DNA from: an uncultured Gemmatimonadales bacterium
GTDB taxonomy: Bacteria > Gemmatimonadota > Gemmatimonadetes > Gemmatimonadales > GWC2-71-9
Length of the DNA: 64,000 nucleotides
Direction of reading: 5' to 3'
Assembly (NCBI GenBank): GCA_963825055.1
Contig: CAWGSK010000012.1
Coordinates: forward strand, 192,001-256,000
Part shown: positions 1 to 9,853 of the stretch, piece by piece
How the letters are laid out: each line of letters opens with the position of its first letter
Numbering within the stretch: position 1 is the stretch's first letter
Translations under genes and position numbers: made by a program
The notes under the pieces: model-generated
Databases searched by the model: none
Told to the model about the DNA's origin: nothing
The model's input: the letters and a program-made list of their open reading frames with translations, nothing else

Positions 1-156
1 CTCGGGTGGGAACACAGTCGGCTGGCCGACTACTGGAACGAGTTCCATGGGGGCTTCGTGGCCGTCACCCTTGCCATCGCCGCGGTCCTCACGGTCTACA
101 GCTTCGTGCTCTACATCTACCGCTACCGTGCCCTCCTGACATCCCGGGAGCCCTGA
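1..156 (+). CDS. 3' end of a membrane protein, probably CDP-alcohol phosphatidyltransferase (PgsA-like); truncated by the window edge
   Basis: Frame 1 reads LGWEHSRLADYWNEFHGGFVAVTLAIAAVLTVYSFVLYIYRYRALLTSREP-stop (TGA 154-156). The hydrophobic helix resembles the PgsA C-terminus, and pgsA-cinA adjacency is common. Confidence 0.55.
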   Translation, partial: LGWEHSRLADYWNEFHGGFVAVTLAIAAVLTVYSFVLYIYRYRALLTSREP

Positions 157-161
157 GCGAC

Positions 162-1403
162 GTGCAGCTCGAACTCATCACCATCGGTACGGAACTTCTC
201 CTCGGCTTTACCGTCGACACCAACAGCGCAGAAATCGCCCAGGCCCTCACGGCGTCCGGCATACGCGTCGTGCGGCGTACCACCGTCTCCGACGACCCGG
301 CCGCGATCGAGGAAGTCGTGCGCGCCGCGCTCGACCGCACCGGCACGGTGCTCACGACCGGTGGACTCGGTCCCACCCGGGACGACATCACGAAGAAAGT
401 CATCGCGGGAATCTTCGACGCGCCGCTCGAGTTCCAGGAGCCGCTCTGGGAGGCGCTGCTGGACCGATACCGCCGCCTCCAGCGCACGCCCGCCGAAAGC
501 AACCGCACCCAGGCCGAGGTGCCTCGCGGCGCGACGGTGTTGACCAATCGCTGGGGCTCGGCCCCCGGACTCTGGCTCGAGGGCCCGCCGGGCCTGGTGA
601 TCCTGCTGCCGGGCGTGCCGATGGAAATGCGCAAGCTCCTCCAGCATGAGGTGCTGCCACGGCTGTCAGAGCGCGCCGGCGGGCAGGTCATCCGCTCGCG
701 CACGGTGCGCACGGTGGGTATCCCGGAGTCCACCCTGGCCGAGCGACTCGGTGACATCGAGGACGTGGTGTTTCCCCTGACGGTGGCCTACCTGCCCGGC
801 CTGTCCGGCGTGGACGTGCGGATTACGGCCTGGAACCTGGAACCGGGGGAGGCGGACCGCCGCCTCGTCGAGGCCGTGGCCGCCGTGCGCTCACGCGCCG
901 GGCGTGGGGTCTATGGCGAGGACGGTGATGACCTGGCGTCGCTGGTAATCGAGTCCGCCCGTGCCCGGGGCCGCACGCTGGCCGTCGCCGAATCGTGCAC
1001 CGGCGGGATGCTGGGCGGAGCCCTGACGCGCGTACCCGGTGCGTCTGCGGCATTCCTGGGCGGCGTGATCGCGTACGGCAATGCAGTGAAGGAGATACAA
1101 CTCGGGGTTCCCCGGGCTGTCCTGGAGGAGCAGGGGGCGGTCAGTGCGGAGTCGGCGGCGGCGATGGCCGAGGGGGTGCGCGAACGACTCGGCGCAGACC
1201 TGGCAATTGCCATCACCGGGGTGGCGGGGCCGGACGGCGGAACGGACGAGAAACCGGTGGGACTGGTCTGGTTCGGCCTTGCCGACTCCACCGGCACCCG
1301 GACGGAGCGTCGGCTGCTCTTCGGCGGCCGCGAGGCCATTCGAGCCCGGGCCCGGGACACGGCGCTCGAGCTCCTCCGCACCACCCTGGCCGGCGAGGCC
1401 TGA
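162..1403 (+). CDS. cinA: Competence/damage-inducible protein CinA (MoCF-like domain plus NMN deamidase PncC domain)
   Basis: Motifs IGTELLLG..DTNS, TTGGLGPTRDDIT, LPGVP, AVAESCTGG and ITGVAGPDGG. Start reassigned to GTG 162, just after the upstream stop. Confidence 0.93.
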   Translation: MQLELITIGTELLLGFTVDTNSAEIAQALTASGIRVVRRTTVSDDPAAIEEVVRAALDRTGTVLTTGGLGPTRDDITKKVIAGIFDAPLEFQEPLWEALLDRYRRLQRTPAESNRTQAEVPRGATVLTNRWGSAPGLWLEGPPGLVILLPGVPMEMRKLLQHEVLPRLSERAGGQVIRSRTVRTVGIPESTLAERLGDIEDVVFPLTVAYLPGLSGVDVRITAWNLEPGEADRRLVEAVAAVRSRAGRGVYGEDGDDLASLVIESARARGRTLAVAESCTGGMLGGALTRVPGASAAFLGGVIAYGNAVKEIQLGVPRAVLEEQGAVSAESAAAMAEGVRERLGADLAIAITGVAGPDGGTDEKPVGLVWFGLADSTGTRTERRLLFGGREAIRARARDTALELLRTTLAGEA

Positions 1404-1450
1404 CCCGGGCGGCTCCAGGCAGGGTCTCCTGTCGTTTTGGCTTTTCCTGA

Positions 1451-1471
1451 CGGCACCTCCCTTGCTATTAT
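1451..1471 (+). promoter_or_regulatory. Candidate promoter for grpE-dnaJ: sigma54-type -24/-12 element overlapping an extended -10
   Basis: CGGCAC-ctccc-TTGCT (GG-N10-GC) at 1451-1466; TG-c-TATTAT at 1463-1471. Confidence 0.45.
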
Positions 1472-1505
1472 CCAGCGGGACATGGTCACTGGACGAGGAG
1501 CAGAA

Positions 1506-2108
1506 GTGTCTGATAAGCATGGATTTACTGCCGATGACGAACGCCCCGCCGAAGTGCACGAGAAGGACGCACCGGTGAGGGCCGCCGATCCGGCAGGTCC
1601 GGAAGGGTCGGGTATCTCGGGGGTTCCCCTGGAGCCCACCGACAGCGCCCTCCACCGGCTGCAGGAGCAACTCGACGAATCCCGCGACCGGCATCTGCGC
1701 CTGGCCGCGGAATTTGACAACTTCCGCAAACGGGTCGCCCGTGAGCGGATAGAGCTGACCGACCGCGCACAGGCCGCCTTCGTGATGAAGATGCTGGAGG
1801 TGCTCGACGACCTCGACCGCCTGGTGGCCCAGGAGTCGAGTGCCATCTCTGCGGACGCGCTGCACGACGCGCTGGTCATGATCGACCGCAAGCTCCGCAA
1901 GGAACTTGAGGCCGCCGGTCTCGAGCCGATCGATCCCGCGGGAGAGCCATTCGATCCCGGCCAGCATGAGGCGGTCGCGGTGACGCCTACCAGCGAGGCC
2001 GGCCAGGACAACCTGGTGAGCGCGACGTTCCAGACCGGCTATCGCTTCAAGGGCTCGCTGATCCGGCCGGCACGGGTGCAGGTCTACTCCAGCGACCAGG
2101 GCGCCTAG
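1506..2108 (+). CDS. grpE: Nucleotide exchange factor GrpE
   Basis: Motifs LRLAAEFDNFRKR, GEPFDPGQHEAV and GYRFKGSLIRPARVQV. GTG 1506 follows the SD GAGGAG. Confidence 0.95.
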   Translation: MSDKHGFTADDERPAEVHEKDAPVRAADPAGPEGSGISGVPLEPTDSALHRLQEQLDESRDRHLRLAAEFDNFRKRVARERIELTDRAQAAFVMKMLEVLDDLDRLVAQESSAISADALHDALVMIDRKLRKELEAAGLEPIDPAGEPFDPGQHEAVAVTPTSEAGQDNLVSATFQTGYRFKGSLIRPARVQVYSSDQGA

Positions 2109-2111
2109 CCC

Positions 2112-3212
2112 GTGGCCTCACAGGATTTCTACCAGGTCCTGGGCATTCCGGATTCCGCCAGCGCCGCGGACATCAAGAAGGCGTACCGCAAGCTGGCCAA
2201 GCAGTACCACCCCGATGCCAACCCGGACAATCCGAAGGCCGCCGAGCGCTTCAAGACGATCTCCGAGGCGCATGCCGTCCTCTCGAACGCGGAGAAGCGC
2301 GCCAAGTATGACCGGATGCGCAAGCTCGGGGCGTTTGAGGGATTCGCGCGTGGCGGGGAGTCACGCGGCAACGCACGCGCGGAGCCCGAGGAGACGTTCG
2401 ACTTCGGCGATCTCGGCAACTTCGGGCTCGGGGACATATTCTCCAGCATTTTCGGGCGGGGACGGGGAGGCGGTCGCGAAGCGCCATCGAGGGGTGAGTC
2501 GCTCGAGGCCGTGGTGGAGGTTCCGTTCCGCATCGCGGCGCTCGGTGGCAAGGTGCCGGTGACGCTGCCGATCACCGAACACTGCCCCACCTGTCACGGC
2601 AGCGGGGCCGCGCCCGGTGCCACGCTGGCCACCTGCCCGGAGTGTCACGGAAGGGGCATCGTCTCCTTCGGCCAGGGCGGCTTTGCGGTCACCCGTCCCT
2701 GCCCGCAGTGCCGGGGGAAGGGTAAGATCCCGTCAGAGCCCTGTCCCACGTGTCACGGCGCCGGGGAGATCCGCACGGAGCGGCGGGTGATGATCACGGT
2801 ACCGCCAGCGACGGAGTCCGGCCAGAAGGTCCGCCTCAAAGGGCAGGGCGAGCCTGCCGGAGGCCCCGGCGGACAGCCGGGCGACCTGCTCGTGACGTTC
2901 CAGGTCGAGCCCGACCGGTTTTTCCGGCGCGACGGCCTCAACCTCGTCTGCGAAGTTCCGATCAATATGGTGCAGGCAGCGCTTGGCACGCGCATCCGGG
3001 TGCGCACGCTGACGGGCAGGAAGGTGGTGCTCCGCATCCCGCACGGCACGCAGTCCGGGCGGAAGTTCCGGATCAAGGGGTTCGGGCTGGAGAAGAACGG
3101 GCGGAAGGGCGATCAGCTGGTGCAGGTCAACGTGACGGTGCCGGAAGAGCTCGGGGTGGAACAGGAGACCCTGCTCAAGCAGTTCGCGGAGGCAGCAGAG
3201 ATACCTTACTGA
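2112..3212 (+). CDS. dnaJ: Molecular chaperone DnaJ
   Basis: J domain with HPD, G/F-rich linker, four CxxCxGxG zinc-finger repeats, C-terminal domain. Confidence 0.96.
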   Translation: MASQDFYQVLGIPDSASAADIKKAYRKLAKQYHPDANPDNPKAAERFKTISEAHAVLSNAEKRAKYDRMRKLGAFEGFARGGESRGNARAEPEETFDFGDLGNFGLGDIFSSIFGRGRGGGREAPSRGESLEAVVEVPFRIAALGGKVPVTLPITEHCPTCHGSGAAPGATLATCPECHGRGIVSFGQGGFAVTRPCPQCRGKGKIPSEPCPTCHGAGEIRTERRVMITVPPATESGQKVRLKGQGEPAGGPGGQPGDLLVTFQVEPDRFFRRDGLNLVCEVPINMVQAALGTRIRVRTLTGRKVVLRIPHGTQSGRKFRIKGFGLEKNGRKGDQLVQVNVTVPEELGVEQETLLKQFAEAAEIPY

Positions 3213-5371
3213 GGCTGGTCGGGCGCCTGCGGCGCGCAGGCACCTGAGGGTGATGCGGGCAGCTGGCGGTAGTACTCCATCAACATCTCATGGGTCGCAC
3301 GTTCCGACTGCCGGTCTGGAGGCTGGCGCTGCGCGTACTGCCCGTCGGCCTTGAGGTCCCACGCCTGACGGTTGTCCTCCCACATCACTTCCATGAGGTC
3401 CCGGATGAGCCGGCGGTGTTTCGCTTCCATGACCGGGGTGATCGCCTCGATGCGGCGGTCCAGGTTACGCGGCATCCAGTCCGCTGAGCCGAGGTAGACC
3501 TCTTCATCCCCGCCGTTGTGAAAATAGAAGGCCCGCGAGTGCTCCAGGAAACGTCCGACGATGCTGATGACCCGGATGTGGTCGCTGATCCCGGGCAGCC
3601 CTGGCCGGAGGCAGCAGATTCCGCGCACGATGAGGTCCACCGTGACGCCGGCCCGTGAGGCCTCGTACAATGCCGCGATGATCGCCGGGTCCACCAGCGA
3701 GTTCATCTTGGCGAAGATCCGCGCGGGGCGGCCGGCGACCGCGTGCTCCGCTTCGCGGCGGATCATCCCGAGGAACCGATCCCGCATGCCGTGCGGGGCG
3801 ACGATGAGCTTCCGGTACTCCCGCGGCGCGCCGAACCCGGTCAATACGTTGAAGAGGTCGGTGAGGTCGGCCCCCAGGTCCGGGTCGGCGCTGAAGAGGC
3901 CCAGGTCGGTATAGAGCCTGGCGGTCCGGGCGTTGTAGTTGCCGGTACCGATGTGGACGTAGCGCCGGATGGCGCCGTCTTCGCGCCGGACCACCAGCAG
4001 GGTCTTGGCGTGTGTCTTGAGGCCGGTGACGCCGTAGCTCACGTGGACGCCCAGGTCTTCGAGCCGCTGCGCCCAGACGATGTTGTTCTCCTCGTCGAAG
4101 CGGGCCTGGAGCTCGATCAGCACCGCCACCTGCTTCCCGCGCTCGGCGGCCTGCTCCATGAGGCGGGCCACCGCCGAATCACCGCCGGTCCGGTACAGCG
4201 TGAGCTTGATGGCCAGCACGTCCGGGTCCTCGACCGCTGCCTGGAGGAACCGCTCCACCGAGGTGGTGAAGCTCTCGTAGGGGTGATGAACCAGGACATC
4301 GCCTTCCCGGATCACCTCGAAGACGTTGCGTCCGCTGCAGAGCGACGGCTGATTCACCGGCAGAATGGGCGGGTCGCGCAGCTCCGGGACGTCGAGGGCG
4401 GCGATCTTCATCAATTCGGCCGTGTGCATCACGCCGTGGACCTCGTAGATGTCCTCCTCGGTCAGCCACGGCACCAGCGACTCGCTCTCCTCGGCAAACT
4501 CCGAGAGCAGGATTTCCCGCAGCCAGCCCGGCATCGACGGATGCACCTCCAGGCGGGTGACCTCGCCGAACCGTCGGTTGCGGACCTCCTCCTGGATCGT
4601 GTCCAGCAGGTCTTCCGCCTCGTCGTGGTCGATCTGGTACTCCGTGTTCCGCGTGATCCGGAACGTGTGCCACCCCAGGATCTCGACACCGGGGAACAGG
4701 GCCTCGAGGTTGCTCCCGATGACCTGCTCCAGGGGGACGAACTGGTATCCCTCCGGGAGTCGCACCCAGCGGTCCAGGATCTGGGGCACCTTGACCCGGG
4801 CGAACCGCTCCTCGCCGTCGTCACCGCGCAGGATGACGGCGATGGACACGGAGAGGTTCGAGATGTAGGGAAATGGATGCGCCGGGTCCACGGCGAGCGG
4901 GGTGAGCACCGGGAAGATGCGTTCGCGGAAGTAGCGGTCGAGCCAGGCGCGGTCCTCCAGCGTCACGTCATCCATGTTCATGAGGATGACGCCACTGCGG
5001 CGCAGGGCAGGGAGGACGTCGCCCGTCAGGCACTGGCCATGCTGCGCCTGGAGGTCCCGGACCTTGAGCGTGATGGCGCGCAACTGGCTCTCCGGCGTCA
5101 TGCCGTCGGCCGTGCGCTCCGCGTAGCCGACCGCCAGCTGCTGCTTGAGGCCCGCGACACGGACCTGGAAGAACTCGTCGAGGTTGGAGGAAAAGATGGC
5201 CAGGAACTTGAGGCGCTCGAGAAGCGGGGTCCGGGGGTCACGCGCCTCGTGCAGCACGCGCCCGTTGAACTCCAGCCACGACAGCTCGCGATTGATGTAG
5301 AGCGAGGGGTGGTGAAGGTCCGGGGCCCTGGGCGCGTCCGTCGGGGCCTGAAGGGGCTGCACGTCGGTCAT
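3206..5371 (-). CDS. ppk1: Polyphosphate kinase 1
   Basis: Motifs INRELSWLEFNGRVL, SSNLDEFF, ARFDEENNI, LKTHAK, GTGNYN, RFLEHSR and SADWMPRNLDRRIE. Confidence 0.97.
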   Translation of the reverse strand: MTDVQPLQAPTDAPRAPDLHHPSLYINRELSWLEFNGRVLHEARDPRTPLLERLKFLAIFSSNLDEFFQVRVAGLKQQLAVGYAERTADGMTPESQLRAITLKVRDLQAQHGQCLTGDVLPALRRSGVILMNMDDVTLEDRAWLDRYFRERIFPVLTPLAVDPAHPFPYISNLSVSIAVILRGDDGEERFARVKVPQILDRWVRLPEGYQFVPLEQVIGSNLEALFPGVEILGWHTFRITRNTEYQIDHDEAEDLLDTIQEEVRNRRFGEVTRLEVHPSMPGWLREILLSEFAEESESLVPWLTEEDIYEVHGVMHTAELMKIAALDVPELRDPPILPVNQPSLCSGRNVFEVIREGDVLVHHPYESFTTSVERFLQAAVEDPDVLAIKLTLYRTGGDSAVARLMEQAAERGKQVAVLIELQARFDEENNIVWAQRLEDLGVHVSYGVTGLKTHAKTLLVVRREDGAIRRYVHIGTGNYNARTARLYTDLGLFSADPDLGADLTDLFNVLTGFGAPREYRKLIVAPHGMRDRFLGMIRREAEHAVAGRPARIFAKMNSLVDPAIIAALYEASRAGVTVDLIVRGICCLRPGLPGISDHIRVISIVGRFLEHSRAFYFHNGGDEEVYLGSADWMPRNLDRRIEAITPVMEAKHRRLIRDLMEVMWEDNRQAWDLKADGQYAQRQPPDRQSERATHEMLMEYYRQLPASPSGACAPQAPDQPQ

Positions 5372-5444
5372 GCAGGCAACCTAATCCCTCCCGGGAGGGA
5401 GGGAAAACGGCCCTGGTCATGTTGCCGGGAAAGCTTCGGTGCCG

Positions 5445-7457
5445 CTACTGCAGCCAGGTATCCAGCCAGTCCAGCACGCTGTTCCACCAGAGGCGACGGT
5501 CCCGGGGGGCGGTCACGAAGTGGCCGGCGTCAGGAAAGTACAGGAAGCGCCCGGGCAGGCCCCGCTGCTTCAGGGCGGTGTACGCCTGGAGGCTCTCGGA
5601 AAGGTCCACGCGGTAGTCGCGCTGTCCGTGGACGATCAGCATGGGCGTGGTCCAGCGGCCGGCAAAATTGGCCGGCGAGAACTTCTCCATGTTCGCCTGG
5701 GCAGCCCGGGAGAGCAGGGTGCCTCCGAACTCCCACGTTGGAAACCACAGCTCTTCGGTGGTGCCGGCAAAGCTCCGCAGGTTGAAGATGCCGTCGTGGG
5801 CGACCATCGCCTTGAATCGCGTGGTCTGTCCCGCCATCCAGTAGACCATGTACCCACCGTACGAGGCGCCGGCGGCCGCCATGCGGGTCGAGTCGATCCA
5901 GGGGAGCCGCGACAGCGAGTCCAGCCCCAGCATGAGGTCCTCGAACGGGTAGTCGCCCCAGTGCCGCGAGACCGTGTTGGTGAAGGTCTGGCCGTATCCC
6001 GTGGACCCGTGGAAGTTGACCGCCGCCACGACCCAGCCCCGCGACGCGAACAGCTGGTAGTTCCATCGCGCGTGCCACTGGTCCAGCCACGCACCCTGGG
6101 GCCCGCCATGGATCAGGTACACGAGGGGGTATCTGCGGTCGGGCCGAAAGCCGGGAGGCTTGAGGATCCAGCCGTGCACGGCATCGCCCAGCGCCCCCTT
6201 GAAGGAGAAGGGCTCGAGCGCGGGGAGGGTATAGGGCTCGGTCGCCTTGACCGAGACGTTTGACAGGGCCCGCAGGTTCCCGCCGTTGATGTCCGAGGCC
6301 CAGACCTCGGCCGGGCGGTTCGCCGACTGGCGCAGGAAGACGATCAGGTCCCCCCGCTCCGCCACCTGAACGGCCGAGTTCGTCCCGCCGCTCACGATCC
6401 GCTCCCGGGCACCATCGGGCAGCGCAATGCGGTACAGCGAGATGCCGCCTCTCTCCTCCACTTCCGCAATAAGCGCCCGCGAGTCCGGCTGCCAGGCGAT
6501 CGCCGAGGGCGAGAGCGGCCAGTCCGCGGTCAGCGAGAGCCGCCGGCCGGTGGCGCGCTCGTACAGCATCACCTGGCGCCGGTCCGACTCGAACCCCGGG
6601 ACCGCCGTGGCGAGATACGCGATCCAGCGGCTGTCCGGTGAATAGGTGGGGTTGTTGTCGTTGGCGGCACTGGTCGTGATCGCCTGCCGGCCGTTGCCCT
6701 CCGGGCCCATGACGAAGATGTCGTTGTTCGTGCCCAGCGCCGGCTGGCGGTCGGAGTTGATGGTCACGGCGATTTCGGTGCCAGGCCGGCTGACGGCAAC
6801 GTCCCGCCCGCCGAGGGCGAGGGTCGGGACGTCGAGGTCCATCGGTGCCAGGTCGCGGACGATCCCGGAGTCGAGCGTGACCCGGAACAGGTGCTGGCGG
6901 GTGCCGACCCGCCACGTGTTCCAGTGCCGGTAGAACAGGTCATCCCAGGTGCGCGCCCCGGTGGGGTAGGGATCCTCCGTCTCGCGGGGAGGCCAGGGGA
7001 CATCGGCGCTGAAGAAGAGCGCTTTTCCCGTCGGTGACCAGAGCAGCTCGTCGATTCCCGTGGTGACATCGGTGATGCGCCGGACCGTGCCGCTGTCCAC
7101 CCGGAGGACCCACGCCTGGGTGGAACCGCCGCGATCCGAGAGGAATGCGAGTGCGCGTCCGTCGGCCGACCACCGCGGTGCCCACTCATTGCCGCCACCC
7201 GGAGTGGCGGCGCGGGTGTTCTCCCCCGTGGGTTCGACGAGGTAGATCCGGCGGCTGGTGGTGTTGCCGACGAGGGCGGGCCGCGAAACCACGTAGGCGA
7301 CCAGGTTGCCGCTGGGCGCGGGCTGGGGATCGCTCACGACCGGCAGCTCGACGAATCGATCCACCGTGAGCGGACGGGCCTGTGCCGCAAGCACGGCAGG
7401 GCACAGGAGGAGTGCCAGGCCGGCCGCGGTGGCCGCGGTCCGGAGGTGACGCGTCAT
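5445..7457 (-). CDS. Secreted S9 (prolyl oligopeptidase/acylaminoacyl peptidase) family peptidase
   Basis: Signal peptide, TolB-like propeller repeats, IHGGPQ, nucleophile GASYGG, D in DYRV and H in AGHFV. Start set at ATG 7457. Confidence 0.9.
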   Translation of the reverse strand: MTRHLRTAATAAGLALLLCPAVLAAQARPLTVDRFVELPVVSDPQPAPSGNLVAYVVSRPALVGNTTSRRIYLVEPTGENTRAATPGGGNEWAPRWSADGRALAFLSDRGGSTQAWVLRVDSGTVRRITDVTTGIDELLWSPTGKALFFSADVPWPPRETEDPYPTGARTWDDLFYRHWNTWRVGTRQHLFRVTLDSGIVRDLAPMDLDVPTLALGGRDVAVSRPGTEIAVTINSDRQPALGTNNDIFVMGPEGNGRQAITTSAANDNNPTYSPDSRWIAYLATAVPGFESDRRQVMLYERATGRRLSLTADWPLSPSAIAWQPDSRALIAEVEERGGISLYRIALPDGARERIVSGGTNSAVQVAERGDLIVFLRQSANRPAEVWASDINGGNLRALSNVSVKATEPYTLPALEPFSFKGALGDAVHGWILKPPGFRPDRRYPLVYLIHGGPQGAWLDQWHARWNYQLFASRGWVVAAVNFHGSTGYGQTFTNTVSRHWGDYPFEDLMLGLDSLSRLPWIDSTRMAAAGASYGGYMVYWMAGQTTRFKAMVAHDGIFNLRSFAGTTEELWFPTWEFGGTLLSRAAQANMEKFSPANFAGRWTTPMLIVHGQRDYRVDLSESLQAYTALKQRGLPGRFLYFPDAGHFVTAPRDRRLWWNSVLDWLDTWLQ

Positions 7458-7458
7458 G

Positions 7459-8568
7459 TCAGGCGCTGGAGGCGAGTACGGGGAGGCTGTCCATGCGCCG
7501 GCCGGCGTGTTCCCGCTGGATGATCCCGCCTCCCAGCACCTGCTCACCACGATAGAGCACGCCGGACTGGCCGGGAGTTACTGCGCGGGCCGGTTCTGCA
7601 AGGGCCAGGTCCAGGCGTCCCCGGTCCGCAGCCAGGACCGTGGCGGGCACGGGACGAGAGCGGTACCGGATCTGCACCAGGCAGCGGTCGCCCTCCTCGA
7701 GCGGACCGGCCAGCCAGTTCACCTCGTCCAGCAGCACGCGATGACCCGCAAGGTCCTCCTCGTGGCCCACGACCACCTCGCGCGTCCCGGGCCGGATGGC
7801 GACGACGTAGCGTGCCCGGTCCGCGCCTCCCGGGAGTCCACGGCGCTGCCCGATGGTATACCGGGCGTAGCCCGCGTGCTCACCGATGACCTGGCCGGCC
7901 GTGTCCACGAACGGGCCGGCGGAGAGTGCCGGTGCGCCGGCCGGGAGGTGCTGCTCCAGGACGCCCACGTAGTTGCCATCGGGGACGAAACAGATCTCCA
8001 CCGACTCCGGCTTGTCGGCCGTCGCGAGGCCCATCGCGCGCGCGCGATGTCGCGTCTCCGCCTTGGTCAGGTGCCCGACCGGCGTGAGCATTCGCGCGAC
8101 CACGGCCTGGTCGATGCCCCAGAGGAAATAGCTCTGGTCCTTGTTGCGGTCACGCCCGCGGTGGAGCGCACCGGCTTCCGCGACGGCGTAGTGCCCGGTG
8201 GCAATCCAGCGGCAGTCGAGTGCGTCCGCGTGGGCCAGGAGGTCGCGGAACTTGGTGAAGGAGTTGCAGCGGACGCACGGGATCGGGGTCCGTCCCGCGC
8301 TGTACTCGCGGACGAAGTCACCGATGACATCGGCGCCGAAGCGGTCCTCGAGGTTCAGGACGTAGTGGGGGATGCCCAGGCGATGCGCGACGGCGCGCGC
8401 GTCATTGATCGAATCGAGCGAGCAGCACGGGCGGTCGGGCACGTCCTCGCCATAGCAGAACAGCTTCATGGTGGCGCCGATGACCTCATAGCCCTGCTCA
8501 ACGAGCAGGGCCGCGGCCACGCTGCTGTCCACGCCCCCCGACATGGCGACCAGCACCCGCTCACGCAC
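7459..8568 (-). CDS. mnmA: tRNA 2-thiouridine(34) synthase MnmA
   Basis: PP-loop [43 protein letters not shown] and TPGQ. GTG start at 8568 overlaps the iscS stop. Confidence 0.96.
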   Translation of the reverse strand: MRERVLVAMSGGVDSSVAAALLVEQGYEVIGATMKLFCYGEDVPDRPCCSLDSINDARAVAHRLGIPHYVLNLEDRFGADVIGDFVREYSAGRTPIPCVRCNSFTKFRDLLAHADALDCRWIATGHYAVAEAGALHRGRDRNKDQSYFLWGIDQAVVARMLTPVGHLTKAETRHRARAMGLATADKPESVEICFVPDGNYVGVLEQHLPAGAPALSAGPFVDTAGQVIGEHAGYARYTIGQRRGLPGGADRARYVVAIRPGTREVVVGHEEDLAGHRVLLDEVNWLAGPLEEGDRCLVQIRYRSRPVPATVLAADRGRLDLALAEPARAVTPGQSGVLYRGEQVLGGGIIQREHAGRRMDSLPVLASSA

Positions 8569-9739
8569 GGCCGAGCACTCCCGCGAGCTTACGGACCTTC
8601 TCGACGACGCCGGGCAGGACCGCGAGGGTCGTGTCGATGTCGGCGTCCCGCGTTGCGTGGCCCAGGCTGAACCGGATCGTACCGAGGGCCAGGTCGCGCC
8701 GCAGGCCCATCGCCGTGAGGACATGGGACGGCTCGACCGCCCCCGTGCTGCACGCCGAGCCGCCGGAAACCGCGACACCCGCGAGGTCGAAGTGCATGAG
8801 CAGCGCTTCGCTGTCGGTGCCGGGGAAGCTGACGCTCAGGATATGCGGTGCCCGGGCGACCGCCGGCCCGTTGATCCCGATGTCCGGGACGGCCGCCGCG
8901 ATCCCCTCTGCCAGGCGGGTCCGCAGCGCGTCCAGCCGGCGGGCCTCCGCTTCCTGTTCCGCCACCGCCAGCGATGCCGCGCGACCGAGCGCCACCGCGC
9001 CAGCCACGTTCTCCGTGCCCGGTCGGACGCCGAACTGCTGCCCGCCGCCGTGGATGATCGCCTCCACCGCCTTGCGGTCGCGCACGACGAGGGCGCCGAC
9101 ACCCTTGGGGGCCCCGATCTTGTGCCCGGACATGGTAAGCAGGGTGCAGGGGAGGTCCGTCAGCGAGACCGGGATCTTCCCGAAGGCCTGGACGGCGTCA
9201 GTGTGAAAGAAGACGCCGGCGTCGCTGCAGCGCCGCGCGATCTCCTCCACGGGCTGTATCGCACCGACCTCGTTGTTCACCCACATGACAGAGACCACGC
9301 TCGGCCGGACCTCGAGCGCGCGTTCGAGCGCGGCAAGATCCAGCAGGCCTTCGCCGCTTACCGGCAGGATCGTTTCCTCGCCGCCCAGGTGGCAGACGGC
9401 GTGGGCCGCGGCGAGGGCGGCCTTGTGCTCGATCGCGGAGACCGCGACGTGCATGGGGGCACCGCGGTCCCGGGCCGCGAGCGCCCCGCCGATGATGGCC
9501 AGGTTGTCGGCCTCGGTTCCCCCGGAGGTGAAGATGACCTGGTTCGGCTCCACGCCGAGCGACTCCGCCACCTCGCGTTTGGCACCCTCGAGCCCCGCCC
9601 GGGCGGTCCGCCCGAACTTGTGGGCACTCGAAGGGTTCCCGAAGGCTGCCGTCCCGAGGAAGGGAAGCATCGCCTCCAGCACCTCCGGCCTGACCGGCGT
9701 GGTGGCGGCGTGGTCGAGATAGATGGATGGCTTGGTCAT
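8561..9739 (-). CDS. iscS: Cysteine desulfurase (IscS/NifS group I)
   Basis: Motifs [33 protein letters not shown] lysine in SGHKIG and catalytic SGGSACS. Start ATG 9739. Confidence 0.92.
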   Translation of the reverse strand: MTKPSIYLDHAATTPVRPEVLEAMLPFLGTAAFGNPSSAHKFGRTARAGLEGAKREVAESLGVEPNQVIFTSGGTEADNLAIIGGALAARDRGAPMHVAVSAIEHKAALAAAHAVCHLGGEETILPVSGEGLLDLAALERALEVRPSVVSVMWVNNEVGAIQPVEEIARRCSDAGVFFHTDAVQAFGKIPVSLTDLPCTLLTMSGHKIGAPKGVGALVVRDRKAVEAIIHGGGQQFGVRPGTENVAGAVALGRAASLAVAEQEAEARRLDALRTRLAEGIAAAVPDIGINGPAVARAPHILSVSFPGTDSEALLMHFDLAGVAVSGGSACSTGAVEPSHVLTAMGLRRDLALGTIRFSLGHATRDADIDTTLAVLPGVVEKVRKLAGVLGRA

Positions 9740-9764
9740 GAAGGAAAGATAAGGCGGAGAGGGG

Positions 9765-9845
9765 GGATCGGGTATCGCGTGTCGGGTATGGGGAGTCGGA
9801 AGTGGACTGAGGAGTTGCGATTCCCGATTCACCCGATGCCCGGCT
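9765..9845. repeat. Degenerate heptamer tandem repeat with an inverted arm
   Basis: GGATCGG GTATCGC GTGTCGG GTATGGG GAGTCGG, then the complementary units GCGATTC CCGATTC CCCGATG CCCGGCT. Confidence 0.6.
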
Positions 9846-9853
9846 CGCGGTTG

